Assembly (NCBI GenBank): GCA_963833125.1
Contig: CAWHWX010000004.1
Location: 96,001 to 160,000 of the forward strand
Origin: Candidatus Bathyarchaeota archaeon
GTDB taxonomy: Archaea; Thermoproteota; Bathyarchaeia; 40CM-2-53-6
Direction: 5' to 3'
DNA length: 64,000 nucleotides
Shown here: positions 19,445 through 29,473 of the stretch, in pieces
Layout: every line of letters starts with the position of its first letter
Position numbering within the stretch: position 1 is the first letter of the stretch
Program-made: the position numbers and the translations under genes
Notes under the pieces: generated by a model
Told to the model about the DNA's origin: nothing
Seen by the model: the letters and a program-made list of their open reading frames with translations, nothing else
Databases searched by the model: none

Positions 19445-20728
19445 ATGCGCACTTCAAGCAAGATAACGAAAGTGATCGGAAGAGAGATTCTGGATTCTCG
19501 TGGAAACCCTACCGTCGAAGCAATCACTTCATCCCGCGGCGTAACTGCCACCGCGGCTGTGCCATCCGGGGCATCAACCGGTACACATGAAGCCCTGGAA
19601 CTACGGGATCGAAACTCTAAACGATACAACGGATTAGGGGTGTTAACGGCGGTCAAGAACATAGATGAAACAATTGGACCAAAGGTGAAGGGACTCGACC
19701 CACGCCAGCAGTCAAAGATAGACGCACTCATGATCAAACTTGACGGTACACCTAACAAATCCCACCTGGGAGCGAACGCGATACTGGCAGTATCCCTAGC
19801 CGTGGCGAAACTATCAGCTCAACTAGAAGAGGTTCCCCTCTTTAGTTATCTAAGTAAAGGCAGAGGGCGAACCCTCCCAGTTCCCGTAATGAACGTCATA
19901 AATGGAGGAAAACACGCCGGCACCGGCTTGAAGATGCAAGAGTTCATGGTCGTTCCCACCGGAGCGAAGAGCTTCAGTGAATCACTCAGAATTGGAACCG
20001 AAATCTACCATGCACTAAAGAAAGTGATTCTCGTAAGACATGGAAAGTCAGCAGTCAACGTAGGGGACGAAGGAGGCTTCGCCCCTCCACTCAACAAAAC
20101 CCGTGAAGCGCTAGAGCTCATTCTCCAAGCGATCTCTGAAGCAGGGTACGCAGCAGGCAAAGATGCGTTCGTGGGAGTCGATGCAGCTTCCTCCGAATTC
20201 TACGAGAACGGAGCATACCAACTCGACGGCGAAACCAAATCACCCGAAGAGCTAATGCAATTTTATCTTCAATTGACTCAAGAATTCCCCATCCTGTACC
20301 TCGAAGACCCGTTCGAGCAAGAAGACTTTGAACACACCACGCAACTGACTCAGAGGATAGGGAACAGAGTAGAAATTGTGGGGGATGATATCTTCGTAAC
20401 AAATGTCTCTAGACTAAAGAGAGGAATAAGTGTTGGAGCTGCTAATGCGCTCCTCATGAAAGTGAACCAAATAGGAACTCTTACGGAGGCAATCGACGCT
20501 GCAAAACTCGCATTGAAAAGCCATTACCACGTGGTAACCAGTCACAGATCCGGGGAGACTGAGGACGCTACTATAGCTGACCTAGCCGTAGCGTTGAACT
20601 GCGGACAGATCAAGACAGGAGCGTCATGCAGAGGCGAACGCACCGCCAAGTACAATCGGCTGCTCCGAATAGAGCAAGAACTGGGAACCAGTGGACGTTT
20701 TCCTGGGATTGCAGCATTTAGGTTTTAG
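19445..20728 (+). CDS. eno: Enolase
   Basis: DSRGNPTVE, VPSGASTG, GDEGGFAP, SHRSGETED, AKYNRLLRIE. Confidence 0.98.
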   Translation: MRTSSKITKVIGREILDSRGNPTVEAITSSRGVTATAAVPSGASTGTHEALELRDRNSKRYNGLGVLTAVKNIDETIGPKVKGLDPRQQSKIDALMIKLDGTPNKSHLGANAILAVSLAVAKLSAQLEEVPLFSYLSKGRGRTLPVPVMNVINGGKHAGTGLKMQEFMVVPTGAKSFSESLRIGTEIYHALKKVILVRHGKSAVNVGDEGGFAPPLNKTREALELILQAISEAGYAAGKDAFVGVDAASSEFYENGAYQLDGETKSPEELMQFYLQLTQEFPILYLEDPFEQEDFEHTTQLTQRIGNRVEIVGDDIFVTNVSRLKRGISVGAANALLMKVNQIGTLTEAIDAAKLALKSHYHVVTSHRSGETEDATIADLAVALNCGQIKTGASCRGERTAKYNRLLRIEQELGTSGRFPGIAAFRF

Positions 20729-20962
20729 CGCGAAATTAATGAGCTTCTGAATTCTTTTCAACATCACGCCCGAGTATTAGTTTTCCGAGCATGGCCGGAC
20801 GCTTCTCTGGGAAGACGGCGGTTGATCAAGACGACACGCTGTCCGCTGTGCATTTTGATAGTTTTTTCTGACTTGGGCGGAGAACGGGGCTTACATATTT
20901 GTTAGTGTTAACTGCGCTCCTAGCCCGTAAGAGCTTAATATGAAATCCAATGTGAAAGGCGC

Positions 20963-21916
20963 ATGGCCAATACGAGGATTTTCTTCACTTCGGACGTCCA
21001 TGGATCAGACGTTTGTTTTATGAAGTTCTTGAATGCAGCCAAATTCTACCAGGCAAACGTCCTCATATTGGGCGGCGACATTACTGGAAAAATGATTGTT
21101 CCGTTAGTGGAACAAGGAGATGGGAGTGCGGTTGCCGATTTTCTTGGAATACGTGAAGTCGTGAAGACCCCTGAAGAGCGGCAGGCTTTGGAGAAGAGGA
21201 TCAGGAACAGTGGTTACTATCCCTATTCGACGAGTTCTGGTGAATTCGAAAAGCTTCAAGCCGACAAGAGCCTAGTCGACGTGCTCTTTTCGAAAGTGAT
21301 GGCGGATGGGGTTAAGAGATGGGTCGATATCGCCGACCAACGCCTCAAGGGAACGGACGTCAAATGCTACATTAGCCCTGGAAATGATGATCGCTTCGAC
21401 ATCGACGACGTGCTCCGAGCCTCAACTGGAATAATCTACCCTGAAGACGAAGTTGTCTCGATCGATGACCACCACGAAATGATCACGAGCGGATGGGCGA
21501 GCACAACTCCTTGGAAAAGTCCTCGAGAGGTATCGGATGAGGAGTTGGTCAAGAAATTCCAACCAATGATAGATAAGGTTCAAAATATGGAAAGTTCAAT
21601 TTTCAATTTACATAATCCTCCATACGAGACTCCAATAGACCTGGCCCCGGAGCTCGATCCCAACCTGAAACCTGTGATAAAGGGCGGCGCGATGAGCATG
21701 ATTCACGTCGGGAGCAAGACCGTGAGACAACTGATAGAACAGTATAAACCGATGCTAGGCATCCACGGCCATATTCACGAATCTCGCGGCTTCGTAAAAA
21801 TCGGACGGACACTGTGTATTAACCCCGGAAGCGAGTATGGAGAAGGAATCCTTCGAGGCGCAATCATAAACCTCGACCAGAAAGGAGTCAAGAACTACAT
21901 GCTCACACAAGGCTAA
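20963..21916 (+). CDS. Icc-related metallophosphoesterase
   Basis: SDVHG, GGDITGK, PGNDD, HNPPY, HGHIHE, NPGSEY. Confidence 0.88.
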   Translation: MANTRIFFTSDVHGSDVCFMKFLNAAKFYQANVLILGGDITGKMIVPLVEQGDGSAVADFLGIREVVKTPEERQALEKRIRNSGYYPYSTSSGEFEKLQADKSLVDVLFSKVMADGVKRWVDIADQRLKGTDVKCYISPGNDDRFDIDDVLRASTGIIYPEDEVVSIDDHHEMITSGWASTTPWKSPREVSDEELVKKFQPMIDKVQNMESSIFNLHNPPYETPIDLAPELDPNLKPVIKGGAMSMIHVGSKTVRQLIEQYKPMLGIHGHIHESRGFVKIGRTLCINPGSEYGEGILRGAIINLDQKGVKNYMLTQG

Positions 21917-21997
21917 CTCAATTACACTGAGAAGAACCACGCCAATATCCACGAGCTTATTGTATTCGAGTAACTGGTTTACCCACAGGTTGCTTGA

Positions 21998-22516
21998 TTG
22001 GACGCGTATGACGCTGTTGTAACAAAACTCGATGTGGCCGAGTTCTCTTCGAAGAATGTGCCGCCCGATATCAAACTCAAAGTTTTGGAAGCCGCACGGC
22101 TCTCAGGAAGCGGCATGAATGTGCAACACTGGAGATTCATACTCGTTCAGGGCGAGGATCGCCTCAAAACCCTCGCTAATGACAGCACGACCGGAAAGTG
22201 GGTCGAAGGCGCTAACTTCTCAGTTATCGTTGTGACTAACCCGAAATATGGGTTTCATATGCTCGATGCAGGCCGAGCTTTGACGAGTATGCAGATAGCT
22301 GCGTGGAATTTCGGTGTAGCCTCCAGAATCTTCACAGGCATCAATCGAGAGGCGCTCGAAAAGGACTTCAGTATCCCAAAGGAGTTGAACCCTGGCGTTG
22401 TCGTAGGCTTCGGTTATCCAGCAAGGAAGATAGCTGGAAGGAAGAAACGGAGCCCACTCAGCGAAGTAGCTTTCCTTGACCGATTCGGCAAACCTTTGAC
22501 CAAAGAACAATTGTAG
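21998..22516 (+). CDS. Nitroreductase family protein
   Basis: LEAARLSGSGMNVQHWRFI, DAGRA, GFGYP. Confidence 0.88.
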   Translation: MDAYDAVVTKLDVAEFSSKNVPPDIKLKVLEAARLSGSGMNVQHWRFILVQGEDRLKTLANDSTTGKWVEGANFSVIVVTNPKYGFHMLDAGRALTSMQIAAWNFGVASRIFTGINREALEKDFSIPKELNPGVVVGFGYPARKIAGRKKRSPLSEVAFLDRFGKPLTKEQL

Positions 22517-22524
22517 AGATTATC

Positions 22525-22986
22525 ATGCCATTAACGAAGATCGAGCTGACTACTCTTCTAAGCGAACCCAGAATGGCCCACCTAGCCACATCGTCTTCAA
22601 AGGGAAAGCCTCGGGTGAGCCCAATCTGGTTTGTATACGATCAAGGCTGCTTCTACTTCACTTCACGACTAGGCCGAATAAAGAGCAGCCACATTCAACA
22701 AAACCCCAACATCGCGCTGAGCATCGCGACTGACGACCGCCCGTATCGAGCGGTGTGCGCGTTCGGAAAAGCTCAGCTGGTTCAAAAGGATCGGGAGAAG
22801 TGGTTGGAGCGAATCTCATTCCGGTACGGCGAGAAGGAAGGAAGAAGCTGGTTGAACGAGGTGGTGAAACAGGAGGGGAGAGTTGTTTTCAAGCTTAAGC
22901 CCGATCGAATTCTCTCTTGGCATTATGGACGTGATGATTCTGAGCGACAGGAAAAGGGTGAATCAATGGCTACCTCAACATCCTAG
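22525..22986 (+). CDS. PPOX/split-barrel flavin- or F420-binding protein
   Basis: LATSS..GKPRVSPIWF, K..HI..NPNIAL. Confidence 0.85.
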   Translation: MPLTKIELTTLLSEPRMAHLATSSSKGKPRVSPIWFVYDQGCFYFTSRLGRIKSSHIQQNPNIALSIATDDRPYRAVCAFGKAQLVQKDREKWLERISFRYGEKEGRSWLNEVVKQEGRVVFKLKPDRILSWHYGRDDSERQEKGESMATSTS

Positions 22987-24697
22987 CAAGTTTACGTCGC
23001 TCTTGGATTTTGAATTTCTGTTTTCTCATTTCGGTCAGTTTCTTTCGTGTATTTTTGAAGTAGCTTTCGTAGCTCTTGATTTTGCTTTCGAAGAAGTTGG
23101 ATGCCTCGCTGCAATTCGCTTCTTGAATTAGGGCGTTCTTTGCAAGAAATGGAATCAAGAGATCGTACGCCTTTTCCCTAAGAGCCGGTTCAGGCCGACC
23201 ACGCTTTGCGCTCTTATCAACTAACCTAGAAAGTGCCTCTTTCAACATCTCTAGGGTTTGAGTATCGTCGATTGAGACGTTGGGTTTCGTGGTCCCTCTT
23301 TTGAACCTGAAAATGAAATCGCCGACGAATGCTCCGATCTGCATTGCGTGAAAAGTGGTCATGTATGGTCTGATTGGAGGTTGATACTGTACGTCTTTGG
23401 GATCGAGAGTGAATCCGGCACTAGCAGCAGCGGTAATGAAGCTGCTTACGACCCGGAAGTCCTTACTGTTGAATGTTGAGACAAAGTTACCGTCGGGCTT
23501 TAGCACCCGATAGCATTCATCGAATACGCCTCTAAGAAGTCTTTCATAATCTTCAAGAGATTTCCCTTGCCATCTATTGATTATGGCTTCATCTTTCTTT
23601 TCGATTAACTTGCCAGCATCATTCATCCAAATGTACCAGAAGTCCGCTAGTTCGGCATAGTTGACGTTTCCTCCGTAAGGCGGGTCTGTAATCAACGCGT
23701 CTACCGAGTTGTCCGGGATCGGGAGATCGGCGCTGTTTTGGGTTAAGACGAGGCACGTTGCGTCTCGGTCCACGAGTTCGTGGAAATCGTGTGCGAGCCT
23801 CGCGAAGTTTCCAATGTGATCCATGCTGTAGTTTTTCCCTTTCTGAACTGCGACAAATCGACGGCTGAAAATGTTCCATACATTTAGTTCGAGACTCTTG
23901 GGGTAGATCCAGTATGCGTGCATCGCCCACCCCTCAACGATTGCGCCTCTGAGATGTGACTGGCGGCTGGCCCACTTTAGGGAACCACTGAACGTAAATG
24001 AGAGAAGATCCCTCGCGGTGGATCTAGAGAACTTTGAAATTTCTTTGCGAAGGATTGAGAGAGCCAGAAGGTTTCTTTTGGAAAAGAGCTGATTGAAGGT
24101 GACGAGCTTGTGTGCCAGAAGATAATCTGTTTTAACTCCTCTAGGAATGCGAGTTAACGGAAAGGATAAATCACGTTCTTTCACGGAGCGCTTGAAGCGT
24201 CGCTCAATCCCGGTTACGAGACTGTAGTCGCTTTTGGTGGGGGCTTTTTCAGATGGGCCGCAGGTTGGGCAGTCGTATTTGATGCGTATGATGTGCTTGG
24301 TTCTTTCATCCCACTCGAGCCAATCCGCGACCGTGACTGATCGGCATTTGTTACAGCGTGTCTGATAGAGTGAGGTAAGTTCGTTTCCAACTCGATCGGT
24401 TAGTTGTGTGAACAAGGAGCGGAACTCGGAGAGATCAGCGGGGACGCATTCCATTGACGTTACGTATGCAGCAACCGGGTTAACGTCGACACCGACGGCC
24501 TTCCTGCGCAGCTTCAGGGCTTCTACGACTGTAACTCCTCCTCCGCAAAAAGGGTCGAGCACGATGTCCCCCTGAGAAGAGTATTGGGACACAAGATCTG
24601 AGAAGACATTCCAGGGTCGTCTAGCAAAATACTTGTGCATCCTGTAGACCGCAGTGTGGGGCTTAGCTTCCAATGATTTCGAGTACACCGATGTCAA
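22970..24697 (-). CDS. Amino (N6A/N4C) DNA methyltransferase with Zn-finger insert
   Basis: MHKYFARRP, motif I DPFCGGG, CNKC/CPTC, motif IV TDPPY. Confidence 0.88.
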   Translation of the reverse strand: MTSVYSKSLEAKPHTAVYRMHKYFARRPWNVFSDLVSQYSSQGDIVLDPFCGGGVTVVEALKLRRKAVGVDVNPVAAYVTSMECVPADLSEFRSLFTQLTDRVGNELTSLYQTRCNKCRSVTVADWLEWDERTKHIIRIKYDCPTCGPSEKAPTKSDYSLVTGIERRFKRSVKERDLSFPLTRIPRGVKTDYLLAHKLVTFNQLFSKRNLLALSILRKEISKFSRSTARDLLSFTFSGSLKWASRQSHLRGAIVEGWAMHAYWIYPKSLELNVWNIFSRRFVAVQKGKNYSMDHIGNFARLAHDFHELVDRDATCLVLTQNSADLPIPDNSVDALITDPPYGGNVNYAELADFWYIWMNDAGKLIEKKDEAIINRWQGKSLEDYERLLRGVFDECYRVLKPDGNFVSTFNSKDFRVVSSFITAAASAGFTLDPKDVQYQPPIRPYMTTFHAMQIGAFVGDFIFRFKRGTTKPNVSIDDTQTLEMLKEALSRLVDKSAKRGRPEPALREKAYDLLIPFLAKNALIQEANCSEASNFFESKIKSYESYFKNTRKKLTEMRKQKFKIQERRKLARMLR

Positions 24698-24764
24698 TGG
24701 TGGTCAAGCCTTGCGAATCTTTTCCTTAATATCGACCTGAGACGTAAGCACGAGATCTTGATCA

Positions 24765-25268
24765 TTGATGATTAAGAAAGCTATGTTTAGAGAGGGTCAC
24801 GTGCCGAAAGGTGGGACTTGCATTTCCACCTTCCTGGTACTCTCAGGGGAGGATGGTATTCTTTTGGGAAAGATGACGAGACCGGAAGTATGGGTTGAGA
24901 TGTTCTTCGTTGGCGAGAACTTTGCTCCTCAATACGCTTCCTCTGGGAAATGGCTTCTTCCTGCCTCTCACCTGAAGTACGGCGAGAAACCCGACGACGC
25001 CGCGGAACGAGTCCTGACCGAACAGCTAGGGCTCAACGACGTGAAATTGTCATTCAGTCGGGTTCAATCGCACCTATCACAAGACCCCAGTGATCCAGAA
25101 ACTGCACACTGGGACATCTGCTTCGTTTACGAGGGAAGAGTGAAAGGAGAGGTGAAACGGCCTGAGTGGTTTTCTGAACTAAAATTTGTCAAAGCCAATG
25201 AGATTAGGGCGGACGATTTCACCCGTGGGCATGGGGATGTGCTTAAGGAACTCGGACTGATTCACTAG
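24765..25268 (+). CDS. NUDIX-fold protein with degenerate Nudix box
   Basis: GKWLLPASHLKYGEKPDDAAERVLTEQLG. Confidence 0.75.
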   Translation: MMIKKAMFREGHVPKGGTCISTFLVLSGEDGILLGKMTRPEVWVEMFFVGENFAPQYASSGKWLLPASHLKYGEKPDDAAERVLTEQLGLNDVKLSFSRVQSHLSQDPSDPETAHWDICFVYEGRVKGEVKRPEWFSELKFVKANEIRADDFTRGHGDVLKELGLIH

Positions 25269-25402
25269 CATTCCGCCTTCTCACAAGCATCCATCAAATG
25301 CTTAGCCTTGACGAAGTTCAGATATGCCCAGTCGCTAAATTCGACCTCGGTACTACAATGTCTGTCAAATGGCGATTATTGTAAGGGAGGTGTTGAGAGG
25401 AT

Positions 25403-25528
25403 ATGTGTGATGGTGGTCGTAGGTTTCTAACGAAGGAAGAGAAAGTTGAATGGCTTCAAGAATACAAGAGCAACTTAGAGAATGAACTCAAGGGCGTTAC
25501 CGAGAGAATCGAAGAGCTAAAGCATTGA
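25403..25528 (+). CDS. 41-aa coiled-coil microprotein (DUF5320-like)
   Basis: MCDGGRRFLTKEEKVEWLQEYKSNLENELKGVTERIEELKH; GGAGGTG SD upstream; below ORF-track cutoff. Confidence 0.8.
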   Translation: MCDGGRRFLTKEEKVEWLQEYKSNLENELKGVTERIEELKH

Positions 25529-25540
25529 TTCTATTGTAGA

Positions 25541-25560
25541 TTTTCTCCCTTCTTTTTTTT
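25541..25560 (+). terminator. Oligo-T archaeal intrinsic terminator
   Basis: TTTTCTCCCTTCTTTTTTTT just after the 25528 stop. Confidence 0.6.
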
Positions 25561-25621
25561 ATTCTAACTTCATATTAGGGGAATGTAATGCTGATTTAGT
25601 GAAGTTGACGAGGTTCGGTTC

Positions 25622-25993
25622 TTGATCTCCCTTCGACAGACGATTAATTTACTGATCTACCTGACCGTTGCATTAGGCATCGTCCTACTCCCACAACTTT
25701 TCCAGTTGGTTCCGACTTGGCTGTTTCTCTCAGTTCTCGTAGGATGGCTCGCATACCTTGCCGTAGCGGTCTTGGTTGCTGTTGGGCGCAGGATAGCATA
25801 TCCGATAGCTTTTGTGCTTTCGATCCTCACGCTCGGAGTTTCATTGCCGCAGCCAGAACATTACTCATATGTCGAAGCAGGACTTTCCCTTGCTTCCAGC
25901 ACGTTCATCGTTGGTTCGGCTCTGCAAGTGGCACTCCTAGTTCTCATCCCAATCTATCTTTACCGTGCACGGACAAGCGTGAAGCATACCTAG
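25622..25993 (+). CDS. Small membrane protein (~4 TM)
   Basis: Four hydrophobic segments. Confidence 0.7.
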   Translation: MISLRQTINLLIYLTVALGIVLLPQLFQLVPTWLFLSVLVGWLAYLAVAVLVAVGRRIAYPIAFVLSILTLGVSLPQPEHYSYVEAGLSLASSTFIVGSALQVALLVLIPIYLYRARTSVKHT

Positions 25994-26699
25994 GTTCTCG
26001 CGGTTAGGTCGACAAACTGGAAGCCATCTCGCATTACCCGTTCGCCTACCTGAACTGGGATGGGTTTCTTGAAGATCGGGCCATCATACACAAACGTGTG
26101 AAATTCCCCGTTCTCACCACACGGATCTACGTTTTCAGGCAAATCTCTAACCAGCGAGGAGTTGAATTCGCGTCCGGCAAACCGGGCATCAAGCTTCCTT
26201 GGGTCAACGCAGCAAATAATGGCGCGAAAACGGATCCCCAACATCTCTCTAGCCAAATTCGCAGTATCTTTTCCCCAAACTGGGAAAATAGGTGTCAAAT
26301 CAATCTGAGCAATTTTTTCCTCGCGATACTTGCGGATATCTTCTAGAAACAAATCCCCGAAGATCACATGTGTGACTCCCTTTCCCTTCCAAAACGAGAG
26401 CACTTCACGCATCTTCTCCTCATACACGACGTTGGGGCAGGGATACGGAATCAACACCTTCTGCAATTGAATGCCCAACGACCCCGCCTGCAACTCAAGA
26501 AGCTCCTCCCTAACCCCATGCATTGACACACGGTGGAACATGCGTCACTAACCGTAGTGAGCAAGCAGACGACTTCAAGCTGCTTGGCCACTAAGGTCCT
26601 GTAGAGCGCCAGAGCACTATCTTTGCCAGAAGACCACGAAAGAATAGCTTTCGGTCGGTTAACGGAGGTCGTACCGTTCGCCGCATGATGATTTTCCAT
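25990..26699 (-). CDS. PP-loop ATP pyrophosphatase, diphthine-ammonia ligase (Dph6)-like (frameshift near 26542)
   Basis: SWSSGKDS; RVSMHGV, FGDLFL, DPCGENGEFHT. Confidence 0.88.
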
Positions 26700-26780
26700 G
26701 AGTCAAAAAGCCTTGGTATGGTAAAATGTGGCAAACATTTTTAATCCATCGGGATAGTCGGTGTAGTTGAGGTTTCGAAG

Positions 26781-26978
26781 CTGCAGTCATTTCGGTTTGG
26801 ATATTGCGTCGTATGTGGAACGACTAGCCCAATGGGCCAAAGATTCTGTTCCCGGTGCGGAACCCCGCTCCCTCAACCCGTCCCAGGACCGACGGGAATA
26901 TGCCCCTTCTGCTCTCTCAGAAATTCACCCGCTGTACGATTCTGCGGAAGATGCGGATCACCTCTTTCTGGAATCTAA
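26781..26978 (+). CDS. 65-aa double zinc ribbon protein (CTG start)
   Basis: MQSFRFGYCVVCG...RFCSRCGTPL...CPFC...RFCGRCGSPLSGI; GAGGT 7 nt upstream of CTG. Confidence 0.8.
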   Translation: MQSFRFGYCVVCGTTSPMGQRFCSRCGTPLPQPVPGPTGICPFCSLRNSPAVRFCGRCGSPLSGI

Positions 26979-26996
26979 CCTGGACTTGGTCTATAC

Positions 26997-28376
26997 TTAG
27001 ATCGTGACCTTTGTTCCAGGGTTCATTATGTTGTTTGGGTCGAAGAACCGCTTTAGACTCTTCATCAATTCGATCTCTCCTTTGTTCAGAAATTGCTCGA
27101 CCTTCTTTGTTCTAGTTTTGCCTATCCCGTGTTCGCCCGTTATTACTCCTCCGAGAGCCATCGTGGCTTTGTAGATCCTGTCACTCAATTCGTCTATTTT
27201 CTGTAATTGTTCGCCCTGTTTTCGCATTATGTGAACGTGTAGATTCCCGTCGCCCGCGTGACCGTAGACCGGTAAGGGAACGCCGGTCTCCTTTGAGATG
27301 TCCTCGACGGTTTGTACGATCTGATCAATCTTAGAGATTGGCACTACAATGTCTAAGATATCTAGAACGTCAGGTTTGAGTACGGTGTAGAGATTGCTTC
27401 TGATCGATAGAATGTTTTCTTGATCCGCTGCTGATTCAGCTGCGAAGATTTCAAAAGCCGTATTCTCCTTGCATATCTCGGATATCCTCAAGCTCTTGGA
27501 GAGCACTTCATCCCTTGTATCCTCGCCGACGATAATCAGTAAGTAGTAATCGCCCGTCGTAACCGGCCAAGTTCTCCCAATGTGCTTGGCCGTTCGTTCC
27601 ATTAGATCTCTTTCAACATACTCAATCGCTAAAGGTGCTACACCTTGTCTGAGAATAAGTGGGACTGTGCCGATGGCTGCGTGGCGGTCGGCGAAGGGGA
27701 CAACCAACGTAATTGAGGCACCCTCTTTTCCGTAGAGCTGAATCGTCGCATTTGTAACGATTCCAAGAGTACCTTCACTTCCAATAATGAGTTGCATTAG
27801 GTCGTAGCTAACGTTGTCTTTGTGCACCTTTCCCCCCAGATGTAGTAGTTCGCCTGACGGGAGAATTACCTCTAAGGCTCTAACGTGGTTGCGCATAACC
27901 CCATGTCTGACTGCTCTGGACCCGCCCGCGTTTGTGGCCACAAGCCCCCCGACCTGAGCGTTTTCGTCCCCCGGGTGTGGGGGGAAGGAAAGACCCTCTC
28001 TACTCGACGCTTCATTTAACTTGCCAAGCGTGACTCCGGCGCCAACATCGGCCATCATATTTTCTCTGTCAATCTCGATATGGTTCAATCGTTCGAGGGA
28101 CAAGACTATGCCATTTCTTGTGGGCACCGCCCCGCCTACTAGGCCCGTACCTCCTCCGCGCGGGAATACTGGAATTCTATTTTGATTAGCGAGTTTAACT
28201 ACGGCTGCTACCTCGTTTGCGTTCTTGGGTTTCACGACGACAACGTCGCTCGCAGGCTTAGGTTCAACATCAGCGGGAGTCTCGTCTGAGAGATAGTTGA
28301 GCATACTTTCTCTCCTGGAAACCGTCTGATCACTTCCAACGATAGATTCAAGCTCCTTCAGCAAAACCGGATCCAT
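26997..28376 (-). CDS. FAD-linked oxidase, GlcD/D-lactate dehydrogenase family
   Basis: RGGGTGL, GSEGTLG, HAGDGNLH, GEHGIG, DPNNIMNPG. Confidence 0.92.
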   Translation of the reverse strand: MDPVLLKELESIVGSDQTVSRRESMLNYLSDETPADVEPKPASDVVVVKPKNANEVAAVVKLANQNRIPVFPRGGGTGLVGGAVPTRNGIVLSLERLNHIEIDRENMMADVGAGVTLGKLNEASSREGLSFPPHPGDENAQVGGLVATNAGGSRAVRHGVMRNHVRALEVILPSGELLHLGGKVHKDNVSYDLMQLIIGSEGTLGIVTNATIQLYGKEGASITLVVPFADRHAAIGTVPLILRQGVAPLAIEYVERDLMERTAKHIGRTWPVTTGDYYLLIIVGEDTRDEVLSKSLRISEICKENTAFEIFAAESAADQENILSIRSNLYTVLKPDVLDILDIVVPISKIDQIVQTVEDISKETGVPLPVYGHAGDGNLHVHIMRKQGEQLQKIDELSDRIYKATMALGGVITGEHGIGKTRTKKVEQFLNKGEIELMKSLKRFFDPNNIMNPGTKVTI

Positions 28377-28519
28377 CGGCGATCAAGCGTAGCCAGACTC
28401 GGGACAGAGATAACTTTGCGTATAGGTGGTTAAGCGTGGGTACCATAGGTGGGTCGCGGGTCAACATACTATTTAGCGACCATTTCGACGGTGGCGTTCT
28501 ATGGAGAGAATCGAAGAAA

Positions 28520-29473
28520 TTGGCTGAAGACGCCAGTAGGGAACCCCCCTCTATAGGGAGAGGTGGACTCCAGAACGTTGTATGCGATCATTTGACTAAG
28601 ATCTACGGAAAGAGTGATGCTAAAGCGCTCGACGCCTTGAGCTTCTCCTTGAGTTCCCGCGGGATATTCGTGCTTATCGGCAGGAACGGGTCTGGCAAAA
28701 CGACCCTCGTACGAATCCTGGCGACTGAACTTGAACCAACCTCTGGAAACGCTACGATAAATGGAATTGACGTCGTAAGGGACGCACGGAAACTCAGAGA
28801 GAAAATAGCGATCGTACCCCAAGAAGCCAGGCCAATACCATGGATGACGCCTCTACAAACGGTTCGGGCCTACCTTCTCTGGAGAGGGTTCGGTTATTCC
28901 GAAGCAAAACGAAGAGCTCTTTTAGCGCTGGAGAAGCTTGGTCTATCCAAGTCCTGCAATGACCTGAACCGAAAACTATCCGGCGGCATGAGGAGAAAGG
29001 TGATGGTTGCTACCGTTCTTTCCTCGGAAGCCGACGTAATCTTCTTGGACGAGCCAACTACAGGCCTCGACCCAATTTCGAGAAGAGAGTTCTGGGCGAC
29101 TCTCAGAGAGATCGGAAGAGAACGCTTCACGTTCCTCACCACTCACTACCTTGAGGAGGCTGAAGAGCTTGGTGATAGAATTGGAATCTTAGATCAAGGT
29201 AGACTAGTCCGTATGGGAACAATGAAGGAGCTACGGAATAGTGTTCCCTACAACTACAGCCTGAAGATCCTATCTCCGACGGCAGGGTTTCCGTCACCGC
29301 AAAGCGGTGAGACAATTACCGGACAGGACGGCAGTGTCATGATCCTCACAACGGAGGAGGAAGCCTACAGGGTTTCAAGAGACCTTGTCAAGCAAGGCCT
29401 CAAGTTTGCTGTTAATCCAATTTCCCTTGATGACATATTCTTCTATCTTGCAAGGCGAAAAGCAGATGAATGA
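28520..29473 (+). CDS. ABC exporter ATP-binding subunit
   Basis: GRNGSGKT, LSGGM, FLDEPT, TTHY. Confidence 0.93.
   Translation: MAEDASREPPSIGRGGLQNVVCDHLTKIYGKSDAKALDALSFSLSSRGIFVLIGRNGSGKTTLVRILATELEPTSGNATINGIDVVRDARKLREKIAIVPQEARPIPWMTPLQTVRAYLLWRGFGYSEAKRRALLALEKLGLSKSCNDLNRKLSGGMRRKVMVATVLSSEADVIFLDEPTTGLDPISRREFWATLREIGRERFTFLTTHYLEEAEELGDRIGILDQGRLVRMGTMKELRNSVPYNYSLKILSPTAGFPSPQSGETITGQDGSVMILTTEEEAYRVSRDLVKQGLKFAVNPISLDDIFFYLARRKADE

Noticed and set aside
26767-27000. 77-aa ORF-track call
   Set aside because: An overlapping frame encodes a clear four-CxxC zinc ribbon; this frame has no features
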